From the NCBI GenBank assembly GCA_012026655.1, contig JAAILG010000547.1, positions 1 to 64,000 of the forward strand: 64,000 bases of DNA, read 5' to 3'. A program made the position numbers and the translations under genes. The notes under the pieces are model-generated. The model worked only from the letters and a program-made list of their open reading frames with translations. It was not told where the DNA came from and ran no database searches. This DNA comes from Hydrolagus affinis (taxonomy: Eukaryota). Within the stretch, counting starts at the first letter, position 1. Each line of letters begins with the position of its first letter. Positions 25,476 to 39,045 of this stretch are shown in pieces.

Positions 25476-25610
25476 TAATAATAATAATAATAATAATAAT
25501 AATCCTTGCATTTGATATAGCGCCTTATCACGTCTTTCAGACATCTCAAAGCACCACACAGAATATACTATGAAGTGAATTGACTATATAATTTGTGGGT
25601 GAATGGGTTA
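25476..25610 (-). mobile_element. SINE2-1_CM-like 3' fragment with (TAA)9 tail
   Basis: (TAA)n TCCTTGCATTTGATATAGCGCCTTATCACG...GTGAATTGAC. Confidence 0.9.
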
Positions 25611-26109
25611 CCTGAAGCATCATTGACTGTAAAGTGGATATACTATAAGGAGGATATCAAATGAACCAAAGAGCTTTGTTAATCTGAATGTATCTCATGA
25701 TCTTCAGCAAAAGGAACCTAAATGTAGGATATATTTTACACAGTCTTACGATTTATCTCTGTATCCGATACAGGGTATTAGTTTTTCTTTGACCCAAATT
25801 TTATTTGTGTCACTTCTCTCACCATTTTGTTTTGAGATCTATTTTACATCCTTTGCATTCCACAATGTTCAAAAAGTACCCAATGTAAGTCATCTCCAGC
25901 TATAATAAAGCTCCTAAACTTTGAGATTAGTTTGCATTATCGAACGTCTGGCACACTGACACAAAGACTTCCCCCGGATGAATAAAACCCTTTTCAAGAG
26001 CTCTGATGAATGATACAGATGAACTAGAGCAGGATTAATTGCTGGCATTTTGTAAATATCTTTTTTGTAGTCTCCTTTTTAAGGTTATTTTACTAAATTG
26101 AGATTCAGG

Positions 26110-26170
26110 TTAAGTGCCTTGGGACATCCTCCCAACATGAAAGGCGCTGTACAAATTGAATTTTGCATTG
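26110..26170 (+). mobile_element. L2 tail fragment
   Basis: AAGTGCCTTGGGACATCCTCCCAACATGAAAGGCGCTGTA. Confidence 0.7.
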
Positions 26171-29100
26171 TATTGTAAGTGTTTAATTATGATTGTTCAA
26201 GGTATTTTTTTTTCCACGAGATCCACACAATAAATAATACTTTTGACAAATCTAATATTAAATAATTTTGACTATCCTTGCAATAAAATTTAAAACAAAT
26301 TAAATTGTAAGACTGAATCAGGTCAACACATCAAAATATCTGAAGCATTTTATAATAAGAATGTTAAAATAGGAAAATAATCAAAAGCATTGGGAAATGC
26401 TACAAACCACACTCCTTTATTGTCAATAGATTGAATCAGTAAATAACGAATTGATTTATTTGCATGCCCTTTTCCTTAAGTTGTTGCAGTTTATTGAGGC
26501 TAATGAATGGTGCAATGCATCAGCTTTCTGTCTTTATTACCCAGTACCTGGATTTGAAGTTAGTCCAGATAGATGGGATGAAGGCTTTCTTGATCTGAAT
26601 ATTTATTTATATAGGTCTAATTGTGTAACTTCATCTTATTTAAATTGTAATTATAACTGGAATAATAATTTGAACTTACACACAGCATCATTTCTTTTTA
26701 ACCTTTCAACAATAACAACTTGGATTTATATAGCACCCTCCACGCTAACCTAACCTTTCGGGAAAATCTAAGGTAGATTGGTGAGAAACTCCTCCCGATA
26801 TTGTATAATTTTAATACCAGTTTTTGAAGAGGCAAGAAACGGTGTAGCCACAGAGAGTCAGTTTGGAATATCACCGTGGAGGCAGGTGTCCAATTTATTG
26901 GTAAAGTGTAGCGGTGACCTTGAAATGTCAATTTACTGCACTGTGCTTCACTGCAGGGCCTTAACCTGTAGGTGTCCCTGCTGCTACGCGGAACAGTGAA
27001 GCATAGCCTGTCAAACATGATGGGAAGCAAACCACAACATCAGTGGATGAAGAAAATGGAAGTGCCTTTGCCAGTAACACAGCACAAAATAAGGTTTTGA
27101 GATACAGCTGGCTGCTCAGTTTGCAAAAGAACAGGGAGGAAGGAGAGGTGGGGGTGGTGGAGGGGTGGGGGAGGGGGTGGGTAGTGGGGGTTGGAAGCGA
27201 TGATGCCTTTGGAAGCTCGGCATATGATTTTATTAGCTCGATGAAATAATCATTGCCCCTGGGAGCAATCATACAACATACAAAGTAATATAGTACCAGG
27301 GTTATGACAATTGCACTGAATATGCAATGAGGGAAGAGTGAATGGAGTAGTTTTTTTTCAATGAAGCAGACTGTCTTTTAATCATATCGGTTCTAGGAGT
27401 AAAGCAAAACAGCACCAATTGGAAGGTGTGGGAAGTGGACAGGTAGTGAATGCTGAGATCTGAACCCACTCAGATTGAATTATGAGGCAATACTCCAATT
27501 ACTAATAAGGTTAAAAAGCCTGAAACCAATGACTTTAGAAGATAAGAGAACATTATATTGACAGCATATTCTCCTCTGACTGTATGAGTTTTCAAATACA
27601 TTAAGCTATGGTACATGATATGACACCACCACTATTATGTCAGTGCAGTATAGTAGTATAATGGAAAGCCATTACCACAATGCTAGGGGATAAATGTATC
27701 GCTTAGAACTTGCGAGAAACAGTCGCTGCAAAGTATTGCATTAATTTTGTTGTTTGCGTTTTACTGGGATTCAAGCATAATCTACAATCACATTCCCATC
27801 AAACTCTTCTGAATGAGAAGCTGGATTTTCATAGCTGCACATTTAGTCACCCCCCATTGCTGTGGTTAGTCTGTAGATTAAAAGAGTTGGTGCATGAATG
27901 CATTAAAAGTAGAGCTTGGAGTGGGAATATTAATAAGCAGCGCACAGTATTGACTGTGAGGTTACTGCTCAGATCTGTAAATCAGGAAATCTGATTCACA
28001 GGGATCAACAGGATGAAAGTGAATCGGCCACAAAAATGTTTCAAATCCGGATAAACCTATGTTCTTGGGCATCTTTCCCACATTCTTCTGTATAATCGAC
28101 TCCCTTGTTTAACTTGTTTGGTGTATACTGTATATTGTATTGCTGATTTGTTCATCTGAACAATGCTGAGAGGTTTCCTCTAAGGACCTTTAACAAGACT
28201 TTAACAAGCCTGGATGAGCCAGTTTACCTCAATTTTTTTATACTGCTTTTGGAGGGGGCAGGAATGTCAGCAGAAGCAAAGATTTATTTGTCAATGTGAT
28301 CTCCAGTCACCAGAGCAATGTTAGCCCCACTGTGTTTTGAAGTAACACAGAATCACACTTCATGGTAATCTATGAATCGGGCCGTAGAAAATATGTCTTA
28401 AAAGAATTTATGGCTTCGAACTTAAGGCTGTGCTTAGGAATTTTGTCAGAAGTTCTGTGGCATGGGATGATTAATGGGATAGCATCACATTTAAATAACA
28501 AAATAAGTAATGAATAAGTTATGAAACAATCACAATAATTGTGCTTCATCAAAAAGGTCCACAGTGACAGCTCATGCCCACCGATTTCAGGAAGACAAAG
28601 TGGATCTCTCAATGAGCAACACCCAGAGGAACAGAGTACCACCGACCAGTGCCTAATATTAAAATAGAAAACAAGTGTCAAGGGTTCTAATAAATCATGC
28701 TGCTTTGCTATAAAGAGGTCAATGAAAAGTACACTGCAGTCTAGAGGTCTCCGTTAGAATGAGCTCAACTGGCCAAATGGCTTGCTGACTCCCAAACTTC
28801 TTATATTTTTTAACTTGTGTGGCTATGAACTACAGTAATGCCCTCTGTTCTGAAATGCACATTTAATGAACAAATGACTTGGTGAATAACAAAATGCATT
28901 ATGTAAATGGAGAGCAGCTAAATGGGAAAACCCCGTAATCACCACAGCATTCTCTTTATCCAATCTGTCGTATTAAAACAATGGAATGAGAAGAAACTTA
29001 AAAACTTGCACTCTCTTTATGCCAGCATTATATGAATTGGGAAGCCCATGAGTGGTTCTATTGTAAATCATTACTACAATACATTACAGTACTTACACTG

Positions 29101-30656
29101 ATGTAACATTATCCAATTGATTTTGGACTATGTTGCATTGTTTCCAAATTTACTAAAACAGAAGCCATAAAAAAGCTTAATTTGGAATAACTTCTACTAA
29201 TGGCAACATATTCTGCATGACAATATATCTGAGGGCAGGCTATGCTTTCAGAGGCTAACATTAGTTTTTTTTTACCAATTAATCACTGGAAAATGGAAGT
29301 TTTTTGTTTGTAGTGTGTGATTTCAAAATTGCTGAATAACACAGAATGAAAAACATTGAACAGAATGTAGAGAAGGTAGTGCAGAAGGGGAAGAAAGAAC
29401 TGTGGTCTTTAAAAGATAAACATTACGGGCTGCTACGTTTCCAAGGTTACTAAAGTGAATTAATTAGTATTCCATTGACTTGTCGGGGAAAATACTGCTC
29501 TCCACTTTGCTTTCTGTAAAACTACCCTTTTAGTTGTGCGCTTGGACAATTCGTTATCTAGTGTTACATTTTAATTTTGATTGCTTTCCCTCCTGATTTC
29601 TCCACACTGTTCGTTCCCCATTATTTCGCTCAGCTGAAGGGGTCTGCCTCACTTCCTGGGTGCTGGTCACTCTTAGGTATATGTGGGCATTGTTTTCATA
29701 TCAATCCTGCCAAATGAATCACTATTCCGATGTGTACCAAAGATCAACCTTTAAGATGGTTTTCACAAAAGGAACATTTGTTCTTAAAAGAAAATCAGGT
29801 TTAGGGGTTAAAAGGTGCCACTGCTTGAATCAAAATCGCAGCATTCCTCAGTCAGCGCAAATTATATTCTTCAGATTGGAAAAAGAATATTCCTTCATCT
29901 TTGTCCATGAAATAAATTGTGATCCACAAAGAGGTCTGCTCGGGCAACAGCTTATGCCCCAGACAATTTTTTTCAGTTACTGAACAATTGCACAGCAATA
30001 CAGTACGTTAAATTATGTTTTCTTTTGTGTTAAAATTGGAAATTAGTTAAAATGGAACCCACAATCATAGGGCTTGTTTGTAGGCATGCTTTTTGCACAA
30101 ATGCTTTATTTAATAGAAATATGTGCTGAGACGCTAGTGAATTCCTTATTTCTTCTGCGGTGTTTGCTCAACAGAAAGGTGAATATCTCAATAATCAGAG
30201 GTTCCAACCCTGAGAAGCATTTACTGGGTGCTGTATTTTGGTTGCGTCCAAGTATTGTGTTAAAATTGAAACAAATGTTGACGTGCATTTTGATAAGAAG
30301 CAGATATATGCTTTTCAGAATTTGCTTCCACCTGGACATAACTGGACAAAATTGTTTTCTTGCCCAAAATGTTTGCTGTGCATGAGAAGTTGGGATTTTG
30401 TGGCCAAATTATAGTGGTATACACCCTAGAGTTCTAATTACTAATTTGGCAGTAGTAGCCGATCATATTGTAGAATAGTGGATAGGCAAGTAATTAAGCA
30501 TGAGATCACATCTAAGCATATCTACCCCAAGGGCCTCGGTTTCTTAGAGTCTGCTGGAGGATGTACCATGGTTATTAGCAGATAATTCATGTTTGTGGCA
30601 CCTAATATGGGTTTTGCCTCTCTATGAGGAAAAACTAATTTCTTGAGATGTATCTT

Positions 30657-30710
30657 CAACAACAACAAAACAAAATTACATTTATGGAACGCCTTTCACA
30701 TCGGGAAGGT
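30657..30710 (-). mobile_element. L2 tail fragment
   Basis: (CAA)n AATTACATTTATGGAACGCCTTTCACATCGGGA. Confidence 0.7.
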
Positions 30711-31539
30711 GTTTTACGCAAAGAACAGGCAGAGCATTCGTTGTTGCGGCAATAATGCTCTAAATGCTACAGAATAAATAATGCTTCTTATTTTATATGT
30801 TCGTATTTGCCAAACTTTTCATTGTAAAATCAGAACTGTGTTTGTGATGCATATATTTTTTTACTGACGTGGAGTTTTATAACCAATTGAAGATTCTCTC
30901 AAAGAGCTGATTGCAATCGGGTGTTGTATTCTATGATTGTGTGAGGATATAATAAAATGAAATATTATACCAAATATTGGGCATTATCGAGATCTTTTCA
31001 CTCACCAAAACATCATAAGTCATTCACAAAGTAATCTGTACCTTTCGGGTGCCTGTGATTTGTGGGTCATTCATATTTGTGGCACAATTTGACTCCTCTA
31101 ATACAGTACAATGCCACTTGTATAACTTTCAATGTTTATCAGAAAACAAATTGCACTTACAGCAACAAATAATCATTAAATTGCCAATGCTTTCTGCAAA
31201 AGGGAAACTCATTACGACTTTTGTCCATGTTGTGCAATAAAATAATTATTTTGCAATTAATCACCTAGTTAATGGTCTGGGCAAACACCAACTATGTTGT
31301 TAGCATAAAACCAAGAGATTATGAAATTGTGCTATAAAGGTTTGTTAACTCTGGATAATTTAGAAACAATTAGTGGTGCGAATGTGAGGAAGGTTTGATG
31401 GACGTTGAAAGAAAACGAGTGACTTTAAAGTTTCAAGGACATGGAAAATACATGACCAATTTAATTGCTTGGGGTTTGTTGGCCAGCGCACCAGTATAAT
31501 TTCCAATTTTTAGCAAATAGTGGCATGAGCAAAGAGTAC

Positions 31540-31820
31540 CTCAGCTTAATGCCTCATATAAAGGACGGCTTCTCCGGCACTGCAGCACACCTCTTGCATC
31601 GCATTTGAGTATCAGCCAAGTGAGTTTTTAGAGTGCTGATGTGGTACTGACTGAGCCAGGTTGACACCCAAATTTTTTTAATTCACTTGTGGAACATTGT
31701 CACGCATAAATCGGCTGCCCCATTCGCCTACAAATACACAGTTACTTCGCTCTTCATTCAATTCTGCGAAGCTCTTTGAAGCCTTTCAAAGGTATGAAAA
31801 GGTGCTCTATCAGAAGCAAT
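31540..31820. mobile_element. Two adjacent old SINE fragments (Deu core/head on -, tail on +)
   Basis: GCTTAATGCCTCATATAAAGGACGGCTTCTCCGGCACTGCAGCAC...ACTGAGCCAGG, then CTTGTGGAACATTG...AAATCGGCTGCC...GCGAAGCTCTTTGAA. Confidence 0.55.
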
Positions 31821-33004
31821 GTCTACAATACCGACCAGTGGTATAATTCATTGGCACACACAGCAGTATGATATGGGAAACCCAGGGTTGAATCTCAGTT
31901 TCAGATGCTATTTGCATTTTGGATGATTCCTCTGGTATTAAGGTGCTAAACATGACAGTACATTGACCTCAATACTGAGTTGAAATGAACAGTCCAGCTG
32001 ACAGCGGGGGTGGGGTGGGGGGGGTGGGGGTGGACGAAAGCTAACAGCTTCAATTCGGTTCCACCACATCGCTGGGCAAATCAGCAACATTGGTGCAGCC
32101 GGAGAGACCCACACATGCTCAGTTCCTCCTCATTTCCTCTCACCACCACACACACAAAAAAAATAAAACTGCTGGGAAGGCAAGAAAATACATCAAAATA
32201 ATATCCAGAGATGTACAGAAGTGGATTGTGCAGTCGGCTGCAACGGTTCTGCATTCTGATACATTCAGGGAATGGTGGATGATTGGAAAGAAAACCCACG
32301 GATTTTTTTTTTCTCTCTCTCGCTCGCTCTCTCTGTTGCGGAGTTCTTTGTCACGCCATGTTTGTTGGGCCATTAATTTTTCGTGACAGTCAGGCTCTCT
32401 GATCAGACCCAAACCATAAAAACTGTAGCAGTGACATTGTGGAGCCAACACATGTAACCTGCAATGTCACAGTAGAAAAGTCTGACAAATGCAAGTATTG
32501 TATTTTCAACTGACAACTAAAAATATGATGAGTAAGGGGACTGAAATGAATATCTGTTCTGCCTGAGCCGAAGTTCAAGGATCTTTATGTGATCTGACAG
32601 TCTATTTATTTTAGGTGAAAAGCCTGATAAATCAGGAAATCATACATACCTGCTTTGGAGTCCTGAGGCTTTGGAATTTATTGTTCAAAGTAACTCGTAA
32701 ATCAAAAAAAAATCATTAACCTCTTGAATCTCTTTATCCTAGAGACAGATGACGATCTGGAAACACATTTCAAAATGAGAGTGTGGGCAGACATCACCAT
32801 TACATGTGTAATGCTGACGAACTTCAATATAAAGAATGTAATAACTTTTCTTGATTTGTATGTTTTTTTTTAGAAAGGATTGTTTTGAATTGTTGTTGAA
32901 AAAAAGATTGAAACAAAAAGCTGAATGCTGAACTTAAAAATAGACGGTACTGGAATGTATTTCTTTAATATACGTTTTTTTTCTCTCAGTCGTTAGTTTA
33001 AACC

Positions 33005-33210
33005 ATGAATGCTTTCCAATCTTTTAACATCATTAACACAATGGTTGAAGCAGAAAGCATCAATGAATCCAAAGAGAGTGTCTCTGCATACATGAAAGAG
33101 AGGGACTCGAGGGGTAAGGGATATGGTATTAGGAGAGAGTGAAGGTAAATGAGGAATGTGAACCATGGACTATATGGGCCAAAAGGCCTGTTTTGTGCTA
33201 CAACAATCTA
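33005..33210 (+). mobile_element. Old CR1 3' end
   Basis: GGTTGAAGCAGAAAGCATCAATGAATCCAA...GGACTATATGGGCCAAAAGGCCTGTTTTGTGCT, typical CR1 terminal stem-loop. Confidence 0.65.
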
Positions 33211-33754
33211 AGTAATACTCTCTAATTCTCTGTAACGTGGAAATAGTTTTCAAGATTGCTTCAAATTATTCTTGGCATCTTGAGTTGAGTAATTCCTGGG
33301 AAGCTTTAAACTGGTTTACGAATTGCAGAGGAAACACAAGCAACTCCTGACAAAGTACTGGCTGCAATTTCCGAATGCACGCTTTAGTGCGCAAATATGC
33401 ATTATGCTTTATTTTATTGCTGATTTGATGGAAGCCAACAAATAAGTAGCCTCAAATCAGCCATTACATACTCCCCCAGGATATTGTAGCCAGTCGCTCA
33501 TAACGTGGTAATGTTTTTTGGATTTTAATTTTTAATTATTTGTGATTATTATTACAGTTAGTTTATTGGCACAGAGATATCTTTGCAGCATTTACTGCCT
33601 GTTTGTTTAAATTTATCGTTACAGAATTAGGATGCAGTACTTGAAGCAAAAACAGCTAGTGATTTACCGTGATTTTATTTACGATAACGTATGGTCTAAT
33701 AATGTAGAATTCAATTGAGCTGATGCTTCCTGTTTCGGAGAATAACAATTTATT

Positions 33755-33870
33755 ATCCTTTGCCCACAAAATACGCAGGCAATCCACTTTACAGTATATT
33801 GTGTGCAGCACTTTGAGACATCACAGCAATGTGATAAGGCGTTATATCAAATGCAAAGATTATTATTATT
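33755..33870 (+). mobile_element. SINE2-1_CM-like 3' fragment
   Basis: CACTTTACAGTATATTGTGTG...GTGATAAGGCGTTATATCAAATGCAAAGATTATT. Confidence 0.8.
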
Positions 33871-34516
33871 AATTGAAATCTTCACACAAAAGCGGCTTTA
33901 TAAGTCATAATGTGTGGAGACCCATGGAATGCAGTGTGTATTAACTGCGGGCAACTGTTCATCAATGAATTAAAAAAATGCTACTTTCTGTGTGTTTTTA
34001 ATGTGCAGATTTCAATCAATCTCTGGTTTGAAAATCACAGTTTGATTTTGTAGACAAGTGGTTTGAGAACGCCTCTTGTGTCACACAGATTTTGGCTTCA
34101 CATCAGCTAGATTACGTTTCTGTAAAGTACATTAAGAAAGTTCCAATGTCTTCGTAAAAATTGCTGCTCTCCTACCCTTGCACAAATAAGTCACTGACTT
34201 GGAACACAATGAAGTTTTTCCTTGCACGACTGGTTCTGACACAATCATTTCCTTAAGTTGGTTCATCGTTTGCTTAGATTAATTTTGCCTCCAACTCACA
34301 ATCCGTATTTCATCTGAGAGCCGCAACAGAACATTGCTTCCACTGACCACAGATCAATAAACACAATGCCATCATGGGAGCCTTGAGTCAGTTATAAATT
34401 AAACCTGGAAGCATACTGATCTACTCAGCATCACCTATCTTCCTTCTGCATCAAATACCCAGCATTGTGTTTGATAAGAAATAGAAAAAGTAAAGTTTAA
34501 AAACTGATGGAGTGTT

Positions 34517-34672
34517 GAACTGCAGTTCTGTGCAGTTCTGACGAAGGGTCGTGGACTCGAAACGTTGACTCGTTTTCCTTTCTCCATGGATGCTGCCTGA
34601 CCTGCTGAGTTTCCCCAGCAATTTTCTGTTTCTGTTTCAGATTCCCAGCATCTGTAGTACTTTGTGTTTTGC
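34517..34672 (+). mobile_element. Non-autonomous Penelope-like element (pLTR fragment), copy 1
   Basis: CTGACGAAGGGTC...GAAACGTTGACTC...TCTCCATGGATGCTGCCTGACCTGCTGAG...CCAGCA...TTTCAGATTCCCAGCATCTG; homologues at 46.1 and 61.0 kb. Confidence 0.75.
34534..34570 (+). ncRNA. Minimal type-I hammerhead ribozyme motif
   Basis: Stem I AGTT/GACT; core CTGACGA(A); stem II GGGTC-GTG-GACTC; GAAAC; GTT cleavage triplet; stem III is the palindrome AACGTT. Confidence 0.7.
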
Positions 34673-36199
34673 ACACATTACATTTGATGGCTTTGCAAAA
34701 GGGCTTCGAGTCCCGCGCACATCAGTGGATTGTTTGATTTCCTGTGCTGCTATGCTTCCAAAACCAATGTTGACTCAGTGCAACATTCATACAGTTGGGT
34801 CAGCTTCTTTTTTGCCATGTGGAGATTGGAACAGATACATGTGGTTACAGCAAACGGCTTACTGCGCTGATAGCAAGCTGTTGACTGGGCTTCCAAATGT
34901 ATTTGTGTCACTTGAGGCTGCTGGACTGGTGGCGTGAGTTCCAACCGCTTAACTCAGAACAATGCGCTTAATTTTGCATTAGTGAAATTGACCAAAGATG
35001 AGATGGGAGCCTGCACTGCTATTTTTCACACTCATTACAAGCAATGGGGAGAGCTCATGCACATGCAAAACCTAAACTCGCCCTTTTACAGTGAATACTT
35101 TCAATTAAAAAAAATGATAATGCTCATTTTTACGCAAATCCTGATTAGCAATGTAAGTGAAACCTGAGTGTTAACCTTGGGGTTTGGCCATTCTCAACTG
35201 ATAACAATTGTGAGTCCATAAGAAAACGTTTGGCGCTTTAGAAAGCGCTTTCACAAAACCTCAAAGTTACCGTGATTGTGATAAATTCCCTACTGAGCAC
35301 TGCATATCCCCAAATGATTGTACGTAAGGCAATTTAACTGAAACCTCTGCTATCCATATAAACTGATAGACGTAGGAAATATAGGGTAGATGCACTCTAA
35401 GCAGCACTCTGCAAGGCAGGAGCCTTGGCATCACAAATCATGCTTCGAAGAAACTGAATACGTCACTGACTGGAATCAGAGAATATTTACGGCACTGAAG
35501 GAAGCCATTCAGCTCGTCGTGGAATCAGATCATAAAAACTTTAATTTGATTTTATGCCAGATTGCGGTTCGCACCAAGCAGTGAACCAGGAACGCGGGAA
35601 ATAGTAAACAAGACATTAAACTCTTTTGTCTTGAGTGCATTTCTTGTAAGGTCAAGAGTTAACAGGGCACTGTTCCTGCTTTTGTGCATTTCAATAGAAA
35701 CACATATATATACGTGTACGTGGAGGAGGAGAGTAATATGCTGTCAATTTCATTGTATGCAATACCTAGAGGCATATGGTTTGCCAAAAGGCCTCATCCA
35801 TTAAAAATGTGACAGTATATTAAGAAAACTGCATTTTGTGTTCCTAATGCAAATAGAAGATACAGAATGTGTAATAGCCTTTCACTTCAAATATTGTTAA
35901 GCTATGCAGTTGCTCGACAAGGATTATAAGACAGCTGCTGCAACCTAATGTAGAATTTTCTGGTTAAAACCCCTTTAAGATTCATATTGTGCAGGACTCA
36001 AACAAACGACTTATTTATGTTGGAAAACTGCCCAGTTGAAGCTGGAGCTACTGTTGTGCCATTCTGAGATTCTTCATGATTTGGTTCTGGAATTTAAGTC
36101 TTCTATCTCCATTCGAACTGGAATGTCAATTGTTGATGTGAAAAGGAATATGTATTTGTGGAGGTGTGGATATATAACTTAGATATCTTGTGCTCTGCT

Positions 36200-36524
36200 G
36201 TGATCTCCACTCGTTGAGCTCCAGCACGTCACCTAAAAAGCACTGCATTCTTGATGGTGCTGTCTTTTGGATGAGAGGCTAAGCCAAGGTTCAGTTTGCC
36301 TGTTCAGATGGATATTACAGATCCAGTGACATTATTCAAACAAAGAGAGTTTCAACCAACATCTAACCAACAATCCTCCCTACGCCTTATCCTTGTGGGA
36401 CATTGCTGGTGTAAATAACTTTGGGAGTTTGTTTATAAAACGTAAGCAATACCCTTGACAGTCATTACTTGTGAAGGGTTTTAAGATGTTTTGACATGGT
36501 AAGATGCTATAATACAACTTCTTT
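36200..36524 (+). mobile_element. Deu-domain SINE, diverged
   Basis: CACTGCATT...GGTGCTGTCTTTTGGATGAGAGGCTAAGCCAAGG...GCCTGTTCAGATGGATATTACAGATCC...CTTGTGGGACATTGCTG...TGTGAAGGGTTTTAAGATG. Confidence 0.7.
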
Positions 36525-38149
36525 ATAAAAAAAAATGATGTTCCTAATTAGGCAATTCTATCTCAGTAGTATCCCTCAGAGTCATACTTTAATTCATATT
36601 AACGACTTTTTTTTCCTGTAAGTTGCTGGTTAATAGAGCACATGCCAATCAGACATTTATTACTTATCAAGGGAAATCTGGGCCTAATATCATAAATATC
36701 ACTTCAATTGTGGTTCAATTTCTAATTGGCAACTAACTATCTGTCTCTAAACATTAAGAATGAAAACAAAATCTCTCTTTAACCCAAGCCAAATTTTCTT
36801 CTTTAAATGGAGCCTTATAAGGTCGAAAGCCTGAAGGGGCAGGTTTTGAAGAAAAAATCCATATAGAATAATTGAATAAAGGTAGGTAATGCTATACAAA
36901 ACAGCAGCAGTGTATGCTGCTTCTTAATATATTTAGAGGCATATTTTGTGTTATCATTTAAGATTTGGATTAGTTTCCTAGTCAACATTTTATTACACTT
37001 TTCTCCCCTGCCTCCCTTCCATCCACCCCCCACGCCCACACACACGTACACACTCCATAACTCCTTTCATCACTTTACACTCTTTTTTTTCCTGAAAGGA
37101 AACAAATGGATGAAGGGTGTGACTATTCTCAATGTCATTCCAGACGAGGCCTGACTCCTGTGCAACCATTTGTTATTACTTTATCCAAAGAGGTAATGCT
37201 TCACTGCGGCTCTGACTACCAGCCTGGTAGGGATCTGATGAGACTCACTCAACCAATGCCGGTGAGTGACAGATTACCCTTAGAAAGAAAACCTATCACT
37301 TTCTGTTTGACAGTTAGAGTCAAATACGTGAACGCTGAGCAGCCCTTAGATTAGAGAGACGTTCTGTACTCAGTGCTATTGTGATCGTCTCAGGATTTAG
37401 TTTTCTCCTTCAGAATATTTTACCTCTGACTTTCTAAGCATCTCTTCCCATTGGAACTTTTCCTTCTGCTGCAGGATTCTGACGAGTTTTATTATTGGAC
37501 TGAATGCAACTGTCTTCTTTGAGCGCTCGCTCATTTTGACTTGCAATTTATTAATCGGAAAGGAAACCTAAAAAAAACACTGTCTCCCTCAATACAAGAG
37601 AGCTTTCCGGTCTGAACACATAGCTTACACAAAATTTATTGCTGGTCATAGATTGGGTGAAGTTGCATTGGTGTGATTGACATGCTTGATATATTATCTG
37701 GGTGCCATGGGTTAGAGCAATATTAAAAGCGTTGGCAGGCTTTGAGTCTTCACTTGCGTTTTAAACCACCTGGAATCTCATTTGGTTTAACAATAAAGTC
37801 GAGCTGCTCAAGTTAAATCTGAACTCTTTAACAAACCTGAATCTTGAGCGGGTGATTTGCTTTTTATTTTTTCATAAGAAAATTTCTAATTAGAAAAATG
37901 CTCTGAGCAATCAAATTCCATTTCTTGATTTCTTTAGTAACTAAAACTTACCAGAGGTGCATACTTTTAGTGGCTAATATAGATAGAAGCTAATACTCTT
38001 GAAACCTTCTTCATGAACAATGCCGCAAGACATTTTTTAACAAAAAATTAACTAAACTTACCGCCTGGTGGCACAAACACACATGAGATGGAAATACTAA
38101 ACATAGCTTTAGTAAAATGTATCCTCAACGTAATTATCCTCAAATAATT

Positions 38150-38166
38150 TATATATATATATATAT
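38150..38166. repeat. (AT)n microsatellite
   Basis: Direct reading. Confidence 0.9.
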
Positions 38167-38700
38167 GCTTAAGTCTCAACATTACTGATAGCAAAGAAAA
38201 TGCTAATGAAATATGAGTAAAGTCCTCCTTCCCCGTTCCAGCTCACTATATTCCTTGCTTCAGAACACTGGAAGCAAAAGACTTTCATCCAGTCTCAAGA
38301 GCAATTGTCTTAAATGCATATTGGATTCTTTCCTGACTTTTATTGACATGAATGAGCAAATCTTCTGCGACAATATGCTTGGGTTCCACTTCCTAAATAT
38401 GGTGCCTCATTGAACAAAGACAATCCCCGTTTTTGGAAAACAGCAACTCGATGCATTGGGGGCGCACATTATTTTAACATTTGATGTTTCACTGTCGACC
38501 CCCGTAGCGTTGTTCAAGGCAATTTAAAAAGCTGTTAAAAAAATCTGCATTGTACATCCTCCCAGCAGGAATTATATATATTTGTTGATTCCAAACTTTT
38601 GTAGTCTTCAACCCACTGGCATGACACAGTATGCTGGCACCAGAATCCAAATGTTTTAGATGAGATATTTGGATTGCCTGGCACGCATTCCACAATAAGA

Positions 38701-39045
38701 AGAATAATCCTTGTATTTGATGTAGAGCTTTATCATGTTAATAAGATATTTTAAAGCGCTTCACGGGATATGCTGTGAAGTGGATTGTGACTGTATTTTA
38801 TGGGTAAAATGCGGCATTCGGTTTATGCAAAACAACATCTTACAATTTTATTTGGGGATGTGTTCGCCAGGAGATGGGAAAAACTGTCTTCTCTTTTCGA
38901 ATAGGAGCATGCGATCTTTAACTTGAACAGAGAGACAGGATCTTGGTTTAACGTCTCATCTGAAAGATGAGACATCTAACAATGCAACAACCCACAGCAC
39001 TGCATTAGAGTGTCGATTTAGGAAATGTGATTCCAAATCTGAGTC
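38701..39045 (-). mobile_element. Deu-domain SINE with L2-type tail
   Basis: AATAATCCTTGTATTTGAT tail; core CTTTTCGAATAG...GATCTTTAAC...TGGTTTAACGTCTCATCTGAAAGATG...CAATGCAAC...CACTGCATTAGAGTGTC. Confidence 0.75.

Noticed and set aside
25149-25478. 109-aa acidic ORF ending near a GTAATT donor-like site
   Set aside because: No recognisable domain, no convincing acceptor, no partner exons
29430-29530. Possible ancient palindromic DNA-transposon relics (also about 24690-24745, 35040-35300, 56560-56650)
   Set aside because: Too degraded to define termini or TSDs by eye
34435-34674. Mutually similar ORFs at 34435, 34590, 46087 and 60925 suggesting a small-protein family
   Set aside because: They are read-throughs of the non-coding Penelope-like repeat arms
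37099-37261. Open, splice-site-bounded exon candidates (also about 54253-54375, 59175-59260, 21886-22023)
   Set aside because: Peptides resemble no protein I know and do not join into a coherent product; such site pairs arise by chance and need RNA-seq
37225-37280. Hairpin containing CTGATGA and ATGA...GA, resembling a hammerhead or SECIS
   Set aside because: No GAAA after the stem (GACA instead), and helix register and length do not fit a SECIS; no selenoprotein nearby
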